A stretch of 64,000 bases of DNA from Octopus bimaculoides (lineage: Eukaryota): assembly GCF_001194135.2 (NCBI RefSeq), contig NC_068981.1, positions 18,408,251-18,472,250 of the forward strand, written 5' to 3'. The notes under the pieces are model-generated. The model searched no databases, had not been told where the DNA came from, and saw nothing but the letters and a program-made list of their open reading frames with translations. The position numbers and the translations under genes are program-made. This document shows positions 27,006-40,921 of the stretch, piece by piece. The stretch's first letter is position 1, and every line of letters starts with the position of its first letter.

Positions 27006-27175
27006 ATATGATGAGCTTCACTTAGTTTCAGTCTATGAAATGCACTCACAAGACTTTGGTTAACCTGGGGTAAAAGTAGAAGACATTTGGCCAAGTTACT
27101 GCACTATGGAACTGAACCTGAACCCATGTGATTGAATAGCAAACTTTGTAACCACACAGCTATCCATACCCCCTG

Positions 27176-27277
<102 letters not shown>

Positions 27278-27338
27278 AATGTATCTATTAACAAAGTGTC
27301 CCAGTAAATCTAATCCTGTCATTGCTTCTTTTCTAAAG

Positions 27339-27555
27339 CCATAATGTTCTTAGTGAGTTTCTGAAGAAACAAGGTGCCGCAGTTCAAATTTTGGTATATG
27401 ACTACGATAAACTGAAGCGTGATGATTTCGTAGGAGAAGCTGTGATCCCTTTATCATCAATCCCACAGTTGAATGGCAATGCTTTGGCCTTTGAGAGAAC
27501 CCCCGGAATGATCTTGCCATTGAAGAGACCCTCTATGACAGAAGGACCATTAAAA
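27339..27555 (+). CDS. BAIAP3: BAIAP3/Munc13-4-like gene, C2B exon: FHNVLSEFLKKQGAAVQILVYDYDKLKRDDFVGEAVIPLSSIPQLNGNALAFERTPGMILPLKRPSMTEGPLK
   Basis: Acceptor ttcttttctaaag|C completes TT+C (Phe); donor AAA|gtgagt. C2 loop-3 motif VYDYD....DDFVGEA.IPL, followed by the LPL.RP segment typical of the family. Confidence 0.93.
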
Positions 27556-27877
27556 GTGAGTAATTCTTTGTAAAAATTTGGTAAAGAATAAAAAGTTTTG
27601 AATGGTACAACAATGCACTATAATACAAAAAAATGGATTGTATACCTGTTGTAACTTGGTTATCCATAGTCCGATGATATTTTGGAATACAATTCCTTCT
27701 TCAGATATTCTTAGATGAAATTTAGTGTTGTTGTTGTTGTAGTGGTGCCATTTCTTCACATGAATACAATGGACAAAGTACAGAATCATAACAATGTCTG
27801 GTAAAAACGCTTAGCGGTTTTTCTTCTGTTTTTGCATTCTGAGTTCAAATTTTGTTGAGATTGACTTTATCTTTCAT

Positions 27878-28032
27878 CAGGGGTGGACTGAGAGTATTAT
27901 GGGCCCTCGGGCATAACTGTTTACCAGCCCCTTAGGATTGATATCACTAGAGTTAACATGTAGAGTGTGGGCCTCTCAGAGCTCCGGGCCCTCAAGCAGT
28001 GCCTGATTGACTGATGGCTCAGTCTACCCCTG
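27878..28032. mobile_element. hAT-type MITE (155 bp) nested in a SINE B copy
   Basis: TIRs CAGGGGTGGACTGAG and CTCAGTCTACCCCTG (14/15 match). 8-bp TSD TCTTTCAT / CCTTTCAT. Confidence 0.85.
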
Positions 28033-28372
28033 CCTTTCATCCTTTCGGGGTTGATAAAATGAGTCCCAGCTGAGCACTAGGATCACTCAAGTCAACTAGT
28101 CCTCTTCCTCCATTTCTCGTTAAGTGTTTTCCATACACCTAGGGCAGAGAAGCTTATTGTATGCTTTCACAGTCTACACACACATATTCACAGGTAAAAT
28201 ATGTATGTAAAAAAAAATTAATAAATAAATAAATTCATGAATGAATGTTGTTTTCACAACGATAATGTTCTTCTCAGTATATGAGTCATTCTAGTTAACA
28301 CGATTTTTTGCACTTCCTGTAGGGATGGTAGTAGGCCTGGTATCATTTTCAAATAGGTTTCAGTACCTTTTT

Positions 28373-28422
<50 letters not shown>

Positions 28423-28494
28423 CATCATTATTATCATCATCATTATCATTATTATTATTATTATAATCATCTTCATCATCATTATTATTATTAA

Positions 28495-28706
28495 AGCGGT
28501 GAGCTGGCAGAAATGTTAGCACGCTGGGCGACATGCTTAGCTGTATTCCGTCTGTCTTTATGCTCTGAGTTCAAATTCCACCGAGGTCGACTTTGCCTTT
28601 CATCCTTTTGGGGTCGATAAATTAAGTACCGGTTGTGTACTGGTGTCAGTCTAATCGACTGGTCCCCTCCCCTAAAATTTCAGGCCTTGTGCCTAGAATA
28701 GAAAAG

Positions 28707-28753
<47 letters not shown>

Positions 28754-28965
28754 GGCGGTGAGCTGACAGAACTGTTAGCACAGTGGGGAAAATGCTAATC
28801 AACATTTCATCTGTCCTTATGTTCTGAGTTCAAATGCCGCCAAGGGTGACTCTACCTTTTATCCTTTTGGGATGAGTACTGGAAGTGGGGGGGGGGGCCT
28901 TGTAATTGACTTACCCTGCCTCCAGACTTGTTGGCCTTGTGCCAACATTTGAAATTTCTATCATT
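28495..28965 (+). mobile_element. Two tandem SINE family B copies separated by (TAT)n
   Basis: Both start GCGGTGAGCTG.CAGAA. Other family B copies lie at about 15500-15610, 35440-35625, 37660-37890, 38810-39045 and 44000-44225 (all minus). Confidence 0.8.
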
Positions 28966-29512
28966 ATTCAAAGGGAATTTTTTTTTTCTGAAATACTTCT
29001 GTGTTGAGGTATCATCTAAGTATTGTGTATTTGACATGTAATGTAAAAATATTTACCATATACAGTATGTGGGTGTTTCAGACAGTGTTTAAAAGATTAT
29101 GTTATGCAGAACTTTATAAGAAGTATAGATTCAAATATGTATATCTTAAATTCTAAAAGGTTACAGTTACTTGTAGTTTTCACTCTGATTTCTCATATAT
29201 ACACAGACAAAAATGGTCATTGTATTCAAGGAATAGTAATAAATTTTGCTTGTGCCACATAAAAAGCACCCCTGATGGTGTCACACAATAAGCAGCCATA
29301 CTGGTGCCTCATAAAAGCATGCAGTACATTTTGTAAAGTGGTTGGTGTTAGGAAGAGCGTCCAGCTGTAGACACCTTGCCAAAACAGACAGTTGGAATTT
29401 AGTGCAGCTCTCCAGCTTGCAAGTAGCTGTCAATCTATCCTACTCATACCAGCTTGGAAAATGGACATTAAATGATGATGATGATGAAGATATAAATCCA
29501 ATACCCTCCTCA

Positions 29513-29567
<55 letters not shown>

Positions 29568-29639
29568 ATATATGTATATTGGATACCGGCTCCCTCCTCA
29601 GTGGAAGATTTATAATTAAAAATAAAAGTGACATATATG

Positions 29640-30231
29640 TATCATCATCATTATCATCATTGTTTAATGTCCGCTTTCCATGCTGGCATGGGTTGGACGA
29701 TTTGACTGGGGACTGGTGAAGCAGATGGCTACACCAGACTCCAACCTGATCTGGCAGAGTTTCTACAGCTGGATGCCCCTCCTAACGCCAACCACTCCGA
29801 GAGTGTAGTGGGTGCTTTTACGTGCCACCCGCACGAGGGCCAGTCTGGTGGTACTGGCAACAGCCATGCTCAAATGGTGTTTTTTATGTGCCACCTGCAC
29901 AGGTGTCAGTTCAGCGGCACTGGCAATGACCTCGCTCGAATGTCTTTTCACGTGCCACCGGCACAAGTACCTGGAAGGCGACACTAGTAATGATCATGCT
30001 CAAATTGTGCTATTTACGTGCCACCGGCACGGAAGCCAGACAACTGTTCTGGCATTGATCACGCTCAAACGGTGCTCTTAGCGCTCCACTCGTACAGGTA
30101 CCATCACGATTTCGCTTTCACTTGCCCCAACAGGTCTTTGCAAGCGGAGTTTAGTGTCCAATGAAGGAAAGGTAAGCATAAGTGGGCTGGCAACACCTTT
30201 GGCAGAGGCCTTGGATTATGGTCTCATTTGG

Positions 30232-30235
<4 letters not shown>
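29640..30235 (-). mobile_element. Repeat family C long copy (an older + copy lies at about 29240-29490)
   Basis: Tail, conserved block, 3-4 tandem units and the RTE 3' UTR segment (CTTGCCCCAACAGGTCTTTGCAAGCGGAGTTTAGTGTCCAATGAAGG). Confidence 0.8.
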
Positions 30236-30304
<69 letters not shown>

Positions 30305-30779
30305 ACAGTTAAAAAGCTAAGCTTCCATGTGTGCTGAATAATCAATGTTTAAATAAAACATCAACAATTTGCATTGATACAAAATAAATTGTAAGGGTGA
30401 GCGAGATGACTATTGTTTGTTTTAAAATAACAGTGGTTAATACTGAACTAGTTTCATGTTTAATAGATAAATTAAGCAAATCAATCTTTAAAAAAAATTA
30501 ATTTAATTTAGATTTGTTATATTACAATCATCGGTAGTATACTTCCATGTTTTGGGAAAACAAACAAAAACATGTTTAACTTTAAAATATATTTGCCGTC
30601 ATTCATCCACATTAATTTGTAATTCAAGGTACACAAGGAAAATTGGTGATGGTTTATTTAAACATTGATCATTCAACACGCATGGAAGCTTAGTTTTTTT
30701 AACTGTTCTCCTCTCTCTGTCTATATACATACTTATATATACACCCATACATATATCTATGTGTGTGTTTGTGTGTGTA

Positions 30780-31160
30780 TGTACTCTTTTACTTGTTTCA
30801 GTCATTTGACTGTGGCCGTGCTGGAGCACCGCCTTTAGTCGAGCAAATCGAGCCCAGGACTTATTCTTTGTAAGCCTAGTTCTTATTGTGTCGGTCTCTT
30901 TTGCTAAACCGCTAAGTTATGGGGACGTAAACACACCAGCATCAGTTGTCAAGCGATGTTGGGGGGACAAACACAGACATGCAAACATCTACACACACAT
31001 ACATATATATATACATATATACGACAGACTTCTTTCAGTTTCCGTCTACCAAATCCACTCACAAAGCTTTGGTCGGCCCGAGGCTATAGTAGAAGACACT
31101 TGCCCAAGGTGCCACGCTGTGGAACTGAACCCGGAACCATGTGGTTCGTAAGAAAGCTAC
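30780..31160 (-). mobile_element. SINE family A copy
   Basis: Full reverse-complement copy. Confidence 0.85.
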
Positions 31161-31699
31161 TTACCACACAGCCACTCCTACGCCAATGTATATATCTTTG
31201 TGTTTGTGTGTCCCTCAAAACCACTTGACGATTGGTATTGGTTTGTTTACATCCCTATATGTTTGCAGTTCAGCAAAAGAGACCGATAGGATAAGTATCA
31301 GACTTTAAAAGTGTAATTTCCGGGGCTGATTTGCTCAACTGGACCCTTGAAGGTAGTGCTCCAGCATGGCTGCAGTCTCATGACTGAAAGATAAAAACAG
31401 ACAGGCAGATACACACACACACACACAAACACACCACATATATGCTTATATATATACATCTTTTTCTTTTTCTTTTTTTCTACTTGTTTTAGTCATTAAA
31501 CTGTGACCATGCTGGGGCACTGCCTTGAAGAATTTTAGCATGGAATGTTGCCCAATGATTCAAAGGTACTTTTTTAAGTGGGCTGGTTATGTGACACTAG
31601 TGTAGGCTACAGCTGCAATCTCACTTTACTTTCCGGGTCTTCTCAATCACAGCATATCTCCAGAGATCTCAGTCTTTTTCGTCATTGCCTCATATATAT

Positions 31700-32123
31700 A
31701 TATATCATCATCATCATCATCATCATCGTTTAACGTCCGTTTTCCATGCTAGCATGGGTTGGACGATTTGACTGAGGACTGGTGAAACCGGATGGCAACG
31801 CCAGGCTCCAATCTAATTTGGCAGAGTTTCTACAGCTGGATGCCCTTCCTAACGCCAACCACTCAGAGAGTGTAGTGGGTGCTTTTACGTGTCACCCGCA
31901 CGAAAACGGCCACGCTCGAAATGGTGTCTTTTATGTGCCACCTGCACAAGACAGTCCAGGGGCACTGGCAACGATCTCGCTCGAAAATCCTACGGGAGCC
32001 AGTCAGGCGGTACTGGCAACGGCCACGCTCAAAATGGTGCATCTCATGTGCCACCCGCACAAGAGCCAGTCCAGGGGCACTGGCAACGATCTTACTTGGC
32101 TTGCCGGGTCTTCTCACGCACAG

Positions 32124-32127
<4 letters not shown>
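31700..32127 (-). mobile_element. Young repeat family C copy reaching the RTE ORF end
   Basis: Ends in CTTGCCGGGTCTTCTCACGCACAGCA, the reverse complement of the LINE's ...AVREKTR terminus. Confidence 0.85.
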
Positions 32128-32208
<81 letters not shown>

Positions 32209-32289
32209 GATATTAAATAATATATTATATATATATATTTATATGCATGTATATATGTCTATATATATAGTATTTATTATTTACTATTT

Positions 32290-34125
32290 CATCATCATTA
32301 TCATCATCGATTAATGTCGGTTTTCCATGCTGGCATGGGTTTGATGATTTGACTGAAGTCTGGAGAGCTAGATGCTGCACCAGGCTCCAATCTGGTCTAG
32401 CAGACTTTCTACAGCTGGATGCCCTTCCTAACACCAACCACTCCAAGAGTGTTGTGGATGTTTTTTACATGCCACTGGCACTGGGGCCAGTAAGGTGGGC
32501 CTGGTAATGATCATGTTTGGATGGTGCTTTTTATGTGCCACTGGCACAGGGGCCAGTCAGATGGACTTGGCATTGACCACGTTTGGATGGTGCTTTTTAC
32601 GTGACCTCGGCATGGGAGCCAGTCAGGGGGCACCGGCCCCAGCTATGATATTGGTTTTACTTGACTCAACAGGCCTTTTCTAGCATATAATATTGCCCGA
32701 CGCATCAGGAGTATTCTTAACAGGGCTTCACGTGCATGGCTGCGATCTCACTTTAGTTGCTGGGCCTTCTCAATCACATCATATCTCCATAGGTCCTGGT
32801 CTCCAGTCATTGCCTCTTTGAAACCCAATGTTCAAAGGTCATGCTTCAACACCTCATCCAATGTCTTCCTGAGTCTACTTCTTCCACAGGTTCCTTCTAC
32901 AGTTAGGAAGTTGCACTTCCTCACACAGCTGTCTTCATTCATATGTAACACATGGTCATACCAGCACAGTCGCCTCTCTTGCACACCACATTTGATGCTT
33001 CTTATGCCCAACTTTTCTCTCAGGCTGCTTACACTGTCGTGTATGCACACTGACATTACACATCCAGTGGAGCATACTAGCATCATTTCTTTCAAGCCTA
33101 CGCATGTCCTCAGCAGTCATGGACCATGTTTCACTGCTGTGTAGCATGGCAGTTCACACACATGCATCATACAGTCTACCTTTCACCCTGAGTGAGAGAC
33201 CCTTAGTTGCCAGCAGAGGTAGGTGCTCCCTGAACTCTGCCCAGGCTATTTTTACTTTAGTTGCTCCAGACTTGGTCTCCTAGGTAGCAGAAGCTATTAA
33301 CTACTTCTAGTTTCTTCCCCTGGCATGTGATGGAATCTGTTTTCTGTACATCTTTAGTGCATCTGCCACAGACAAAAACCTTTCCTGGTTAACCTTTCTT
33401 TGATATTGCTGCACCTTTTATGTGTCCATAGCTTACACCAACCATATATATTGTGTTGAGTTTCTACCCACGCCTTTTCTACAGATCGAGCAGGGCCATC
33501 TACTTGAAGTAGGTTGTGATTTGACAGCCTTCCTATTTACTAAGACTTTGGTTTTGGCTAGGTTAACTCTAAGGCCCGTCAATTCTAAACCTTGCTTCCA
33601 CACCCTAAACATTGTCTCCAGTTCTGGCAGTTATTCGGCTATTAGAGTAATGTCATCAGCATAGAAGAGTTCCCAGGGGCAGCCTGTCTTGAATTCCTCT
33701 GTTATTGCCTGGAGGATTACAATGAATGAGAGGGGTTTGAGGACTGATCCTTGGTGAACCCCTACTTCTACTTGGAATTCTTCACTATACTCGTTGCCAA
33801 CCCTCACCTTACTGACAGCATCCCTGTACAGGCCATGTACAGCTCTTACTCGTCTATCCCCAGTTTCCACATTTACCACCAGATATCGGATCAGTGGACC
33901 CTGTCAAAGGCTTTCTCCAAGTCAACAAAAGCCAAGTACAAAGGTTCATCTTTGGCTGGGTATTTCCCCTGCAGTTGCCTGACCAGAAATATAACATCAG
34001 TGGTGCTTCTGCCTGGCACAAAAGCGAACTGCATCTTATCTAGGCTAACTCTCTCCATAATTAGTTGGGCTATGACCCTCTCTGTAACTTTCATCACCTG
34101 ATCCAATAATTTGGTGTCCCTGAAG
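32290..34125 (-). mobile_element. 5'-truncated RTE-clade LINE: RT, PHD-like insert, C-terminus, 3' UTR with tandem units and (GAT)n tail
   Basis: QFAFVPGRSTTDVIF, YLAFVDLEKAFDRV, VGVHQGSVL.P, ELFYADDITLIAE, GLRVNLAKTKV, LHSSETW, RRLCWYDHV, GTCGRSRLRKT. Multiple frameshifts. Confidence 0.92.
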
Positions 34126-34917
34126 TTATTTATTTATTTCATATATATACATATACATGTGTAAGTGTAATGCATAAATATTTAATATATAAGTAGGTGT
34201 TTCAGACATTGATTAAAAGATTATGTTATGCAGAACTTAATAAGAAATGTAAACTCAAATATGCATATCTTATATTCTGAAAGGTGACAGTTATTTATAG
34301 GTTTCACTTTGCTGTCTCATTTATATACAGACAAAACAGTTATTATATTTTATGAAGTTGTTTTTGNNNNNNNNNNNNNNNNNNNNNNNNNNNNNNNNNN
34401 NNNNTATATATATATATATATATCTATACACACATATATATACATATACATGTGTAAGTGTAATGCATAAATATTTAATATATAAGTAGGTGTTTCAGAC
34501 ATTGATTAAAAGATTATGTTATGCAGAACTTAATAAGAAATGTAAACTCAAATATGCATATCTTATATTCTGAAAGGTGACAGTTATTTATAGGTTTCAC
34601 TTTGCTGTCTCATTTATATACAGACAAAACAGTTATTATATTTTATGAAGTTGTTTTTGAGTTGGCTTTGTGATTCTTGTTGTTGGTTTCAAATTAATTT
34701 TTAGAAACCTACAATGTTTGGTTATTCATTTTGGCACTTGGACACATTGGGTTAATTGAATATTTCAATATTTTCTGAAAGTCAAAGTGGTGAGCTGGCA
34801 GAAACGTTGGCTCATTAGGCAAGATGCTTAGCAGCATTTCATCTGTCTTTACGTTCTGTGTTCGAATTTCAGCTTTGTCTTTCATCCTTTCAGAGCTGAT
34901 AAAAAAAAAAAGTACCA

Positions 34918-35096
34918 GGCGTAGGAGTAGCTGTGTGGTAAGTAGCTTGCTAACCAGCCGCATGGCTCTGGGTTCAGTCCCACTGTGTGGCACCTTGGGC
35001 ATGTGTCTTCTACTATAGCTTCGGGCCAACCAAAGCCTTGTGAGTGGATTTGGTAGATGGAAACTGAAAGAAGCTTGTCGTATATATGCATATATG

Positions 35097-35135
<39 letters not shown>

Positions 35136-35350
35136 ATGTATGTTTGTGTGTCCATGTTTGTCCCCCCAACATCGCTTGACAACCGATGCTGGTGTGTTTA
35201 CATCCCCGTAACTTAGCTATTTGACAAAAGAGAGTGATAGAATAAGTACTAGGCTTACAAAGAATAAGTCCTGGGGTTGATTTGCTCGACTAAAGGTGAT
35301 GCTCCAGCATGGTCACGGTCAAATGACTGAAACAAGTAAAAGAGTAAAAG
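34918..35350 (+). mobile_element. SINE family A copy
   Basis: Full copy, directly after a family B head at about 34790-34915. Confidence 0.85.
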
Positions 35351-36743
35351 AATTGAATACTGCAGTTGATGGAATCAACTTACTCAATCACCTTAAATTG
35401 CTGGTCTTGGAACCATTATTCTTTTCACAAGGCTCAAAATTTTTGGAGAGGGGGCCAATCAATTAGGTCGACTCCAGTACACAACTGGTACTTAATTTAT
35501 CGACCCCAAAGGATGAAAGGCGAAGTCAACCTTGGCGGAATTTGAAGACAGACAAAATATCGCTAAGCATTTCGCCCGGCTTGCTAACGTTTCTTATTTC
35601 TTTATTGCCCACAAGGGGCTAAACATAGATGGGATGCCCTTCCTAACGCCAACCACTCCGAGAGTGTAGTGGGTGCTTTTACGTGCCACCGGCACGAGGG
35701 CCAGTCGCACGGTACTGGCAACGGCCACGCTCAAAAAGGTGTTTTTTACTTGCAAAAAAAAAAAAATGATGATATATATTATATTAATACATATATATAC
35801 ATGCATACATTAAATGATTTCAAAATATTTAGTTTGACTTCATTATTACAATCACACACACACACACACACACACACAACAGGCTTCCATACAGTTTCCA
35901 TCACCCAAGTTCTTTCACATGGTATTGGTCTTCTACTACTTGGGCTATAGTAGAAGATACTTGCCCAAGGTGCTGTGCAGTGGGATTGAACCTGAAACCA
36001 TATAATTACAAAGTGAGCTTCTTATTCACAGCCTTGCCTGTATCTGATAGTCACTTTTCTTTAACTCAAGCTGAATTCTAATCAAACAGATTTATGATCA
36101 TAAGAATTCCAACCATAACCACCCTTCTAGATGATTGAGTACGATATGAGGTATACTTGGCTGCTAGTTATAACAGATTGAGGGGGTACATAGGAGCTCT
36201 GTCTTTGACGTGATGTGTATAGTAAATGGGTTGTATTCGTTCTTGTGGTTGTTGAGCAATTTTAATCCCTTACCAAATAGATCGCCAACAAATTGACTTG
36301 AAGAAAGTGTCAACTTCGCTAGAAATGTCCAGAAACGTTTTCACAGTTAAGAGATGATTCATAACCCTTAGAGACTAATTAAGTTAATCTATTGGCCGGC
36401 CATGTTTGTCCTCACAAGATGAACAGGTTTATTTATCAACCCTATGAGAGAACACTCGTGGATGACTAACTAATGAAAGTATCAACCACTCAAATACACA
36501 TACACACACACACACACACATCATATATAGATGTTCAGGCATGACTGTGTGATAAAAACTTAGCTTCCCGACCAGATGGTTCTGGGTTCAGTCTCACTGT
36601 GTGATACCTTGGGCAAGTGTCTTCTACTACAGCCCCTGGCCATGTATATATATATATATATATATATACATATATATATGACTCTGTGTTAAGAACTTAT
36701 CTTCTCAATCAGATGGTTCTGGGTTCAATCCCACTTTGTGGTT

Positions 36744-36777
<34 letters not shown>

Positions 36778-36894
36778 TACAATATATAATTTTAGGGAAA
36801 ATAACCAAGTTTCAAGAACTCATCGATGAATTTTGGATTTTGTCCCTAATATTATTATATATATATATATATATATACATATATATGTATATAT

Positions 36895-37645
36895 ATATGT
36901 GGCTGTGTGGTAAGACAGTAGCTTCCATACCACATGGTTCTGGGTTCAGTCCCACTGCGTGGCACCTTGGGCAAGTCTTTTCTACTGTAGCTTTGGGCTG
37001 ACCAAAACGTTGTGAGTGGATTTGGTAGATGGAAACTGAAACAAGCCTGATGTGTGTGTGTGTGTGTGTGTATATATGTACATATATATGTATGTATACA
37101 TCTATATGTGTCTTTGTATCTCTGTTTGTCCCCCCATCACCACTTGACAATTGGTGTTGGTGTGTTTATGTCCCTGTAACTTAGCAGTTCTGCAAAAGAC
37201 ACCAATAGAATAAGTACTAGGCTTTAAAAAATTAAGTCCTGGGGTCAATTTGTTTGATTAAAATCCTTAAAAGCAGTGCCCCAGTATGGCTTCTGTCAGA
37301 TGACTGAAATAAGTAAGAAAATAAAAGAATACACACACACACACACATGTAAACATATATTTTCTTTTATTCTTTTACTTGTTTCAGTCATTTGACTGGG
37401 GCCATGCTGGAGCACTGCCTTTTAGTTGAAGACATCGACCCCTGGACTTATTCCTTGTAACCCTGGTACTTATTCTATCAGTCTCTTCTGCCAAACTGCT
37501 AAATTTCGGGGACGCAAATACACCAACATTGATTGTCAAGTGACGGTGGTGGGGACAAACACACAGACACAGACACACAGACACGCATACACACACACAC
37601 ATAAACATATACATATATATATGACAAGCTTCTTACAGTTTCTTA
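36895..37645. mobile_element. Tail-to-tail SINE family A pair (about 36895-37325 plus; about 37370-37645 minus, continuing at about 37890-38050 after a family B insertion)
   Basis: Two oppositely oriented copies separated by about 45 nt. Confidence 0.75.
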
Positions 37646-38760
37646 TTTTTTTGTAATTTCTTTATTGCCCATGAGGGGCTAAACATAGAGGGAACAAACA
37701 AGGACAGACAAAGGGATTAAGTCGATTACATTGGCTCCAGTGCGTAACTGGTACTTAATTTATCGACCCCGAAAGGATGAAAGGCAAAGTCGACCTCGGC
37801 GGAATTTGAACTCAGAACGTAACAGCAGATGAAATACTGCTAAGCATTTCGCTCGGCGTGCTAATGTTTCTGCCAGCTCATCGCCTTACAAGCTTCTTAC
37901 AGTTTCTGTCTACCAAATCCTCTCACAAGTCTTTGGTCAACCTGAGATTATAGTAGATGACACTTGTCTAAAGTACCATGCAGTGGTACTGAAACTGGAA
38001 CCACGTAGTTATGAAGCAAGCTTCTTACCACACAGCCACGCCTGCACCTATATATATATGTACATGTATGTATGTATGCATGTATATGTATATCTTTCCC
38101 CAGTATGTATTGGTGATAGATGTAAACATTGGTGAGAAAACCGATGAACTGGTGCTTTCAAACAAAAATACACTGTCTGGTATTTGTTCTGCCTGAGTTG
38201 CACAGACAATCCATTGTCACTTTGTTCTGTTTTAAATGCAGTGAACCATTGATTTGCCCATTGGAAACCTGTAATCAATAATCTTATTTAGTATTGATAA
38301 AATGTTATATAAAATTTCAAAAAATATTTAAGAGGATATATATTTTTCTATATCTATTGATGTTTTTAGTTTTTAAATATTTTGCAAAATTTAAACTCTT
38401 AAAAATTTTATTTGTTTTATATCATGTAAAAATATCTCCATGTTCTTTCATGTAGAAACAGAAGTAGGTTTATGTCTCCAAAGGGTTAAAATGTTCTTTA
38501 TTTTGTTTATCATCCCAAAGGTGAGTGGTATTGAGTGTATTTGAAGCTTGCTTCCAGTTCTGAGTCAGTTCTGTTTTGCTCCTAGATGCAAGGATGGCTG
38601 TGTGATTAAGAAGCTTGATTTGCAACCACATAGTTCCAGGTTCAGTCCTACTGCGTGGCACCTTGGGCAAGTGTCTTCTACTATTGCCCGGGGCAAACCA
38701 GTGCCTTGAAAAGAATATTGTAGATGGAAACTATATAGAAGCTTGTCACATATGTGTGCA

Positions 38761-38798
<38 letters not shown>

Positions 38799-39400
38799 TA
38801 CATGTGTGTTATTTCTTTACGACCCACAATGGGCTACAACACACAGAGGGGACAAACAAGGACAGACAAACGGATTAAGTTGATTATATCGACCCAGTGC
38901 ATAACTGGTACTTATTTAATCGACCCCGTAAGGATGAAAGACAAAGTCGACCTTGGCGGAATTTGAACTCAGAACGCAGAGGCAGACGAATTACCTCTAA
39001 GCATTTCGCCCGGCGTGCTAACGTTTCTGCCAGCTTGCCACCTTATGTGTGCGTGCATGCGTGCGTGTATGTGTGTGTGTGTGTGCGCGTGCGTGTGTGT
39101 GTGTGTGTGTGTTTGTTTGTTGCCCACCCACTGCTCGAAAACTGATATAGGTTTACATTCCCTTAGCTTAGCAGTTTGGCAAAAGAAACTGATAGAATAC
39201 GAACCAAATTTTAGAAAGTGGCACATAAGTACCGGTGGTTAATTTGTTCAACTTAAACCCTCCAAAGTGTTGCCCCAACATGGCCACAGTCCAACGACTG
39301 AAACAAGTAACAGACAGGTAAAGAAGAGAAGGTTACTAGTTTGCTTTTATCCTCCATGCACCTCCAGATAACACAAGACTTTTCCTTTATCTTCCACCAG

Positions 39401-39538
39401 GTACTTCAGGAACGATCTCAGAAAGATTCAGAAGCCAAGGAGTTTTTAAATGAAAGACAAAATCTGTTTAATAATCAGCGGAAACGAACAGATGGAAACA
39501 AAAATTATAATGCTCTCAAATTTTTGCTGGAATATTAA
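39401..39538 (+). CDS. BAIAP3: BAIAP3/Munc13-4-like gene, terminal coding exon: VLQERSQKDSEAKEFLNERQNLFNNQRKRTDGNKNYNALKFLLEY*
   Basis: Acceptor tttcctttatcttccaccag|GTA in phase 0. VL.ER..D.EA.EF...R matches the family C-terminal helix. TAA at 39536-39538. The four exons sum to 606 nt in frame. Confidence 0.85.
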   Translation, partial: VLQERSQKDSEAKEFLNERQNLFNNQRKRTDGNKNYNALKFLLEY

Positions 39539-39606
39539 AGTCAATGTTATTTTGAACAAATATGGCTTCAGTTTCAAATCATATTCATACTTGAGATTGA
39601 AAAGAA

Positions 39607-39678
39607 AATAAATTATTTTGTACTTTTCTAAAGCTGTCTGGGTTTATTTTTTCTTAAAATGTTCAAAATTTAAATAAA
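39607..39678 (+). promoter_or_regulatory. Candidate polyadenylation signals (AATAAA at 39607-39612 and 39673-39678)
   Basis: Hexamers about 70 and 135 nt after the stop codon. The context is AT-rich, so they may be chance matches. Confidence 0.25.
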
Positions 39679-39904
39679 ATAGTGATAGGTTTATTATATA
39701 CACATTGTATACATATATATATTATATATGTATATATAAATATATATGCATGTATATGTGTGTATGTGTGAGAGTGTGTATGTGTATGAGTGTGTGTATG
39801 TATGTGTGTGCACATATATATATATGTATGTATGCACATATATATGTATGTGTGTGCACATATATTTATGTATGTGTGTATAAGTATACATACATACATA
39901 CATG

Positions 39905-39949
<45 letters not shown>

Positions 39950-40921
39950 TATTTTGTTTAAAAGAGTTCCAACACTGTCTGTTTTTTATGTTTTATTTAT
40001 ATTCCTGCAGAACCAATGTGGGATATAGAATATGGAATATACAATATATAATATAATATACAATATATAATATAAAATAAAATAAAATAAAAATGGATGG
40101 CACCATGAAATAAAGAATTGAATGTAGATGAAATATTGAGTGTTCAATATAAAGGATCAAATATATAAATATATANNNNNNNNNNNNNNNNNNNNNNNNN
40201 NNNNNNNNNNNNNNNNNNNNNNNNNNNNNNNNNNNNNNNNNNNNNNNNNNNNNNNNNNNNNNNNNNNNNNNNNNNNNNNNNNNNNNNNNNNNNNNNNNNN
40301 NNNNNNNNNNNNNNNNNNNNNNNNNNNNNNNNNNNNNNNNNNNNNNNNNNNNNNNNNNNNNNNNNNNNNNNNNNNNNNNNNNNNNNNNNNNNNNNNNNNN
40401 NNNNNNNNNNNNNNNNNNNNNNNNNNNNNNNNNNNNNNNNNNNNNNNNNNNNNNNNNNNNNNNNNNNNNNNNNNNNNNNNNNNNNNNNNNNNNNNNNNNN
40501 NNNNNNNNNNNNNNNNNNNNNNNNNNNNNNNNNNNNNNNNNNNNNNNNNNNNNNNNNNNNNNNNNNNNNNNNNNNNNNNNNNNNNNNATATATATATATA
40601 TAGTTAGTGGATCATATATCTGAAAAAGAAGTACACTCTAAAAGTTAGAGCAATAATGTATATATTATATAAATATAGGGGTTATGAGAGGTAATGGTGT
40701 CAAGAAGACCCAAAGGTGTCAGGTAATGCTTAGTAAGTGCTATGGACAGACTATAGTTAAGTTCCAGGTTCAGTAATTATGTGAATGTGGAGTCCAACGT
40801 AGGTCATATATCAGCATGTGTATATATAAAAAAATATATCAGCATGTGTGTATATAAAAAAATTAACAGAATGAGATAAAAATCCAAGGCTGTGAAAGAT
40901 TTCAGAACATTTATAAATAGG

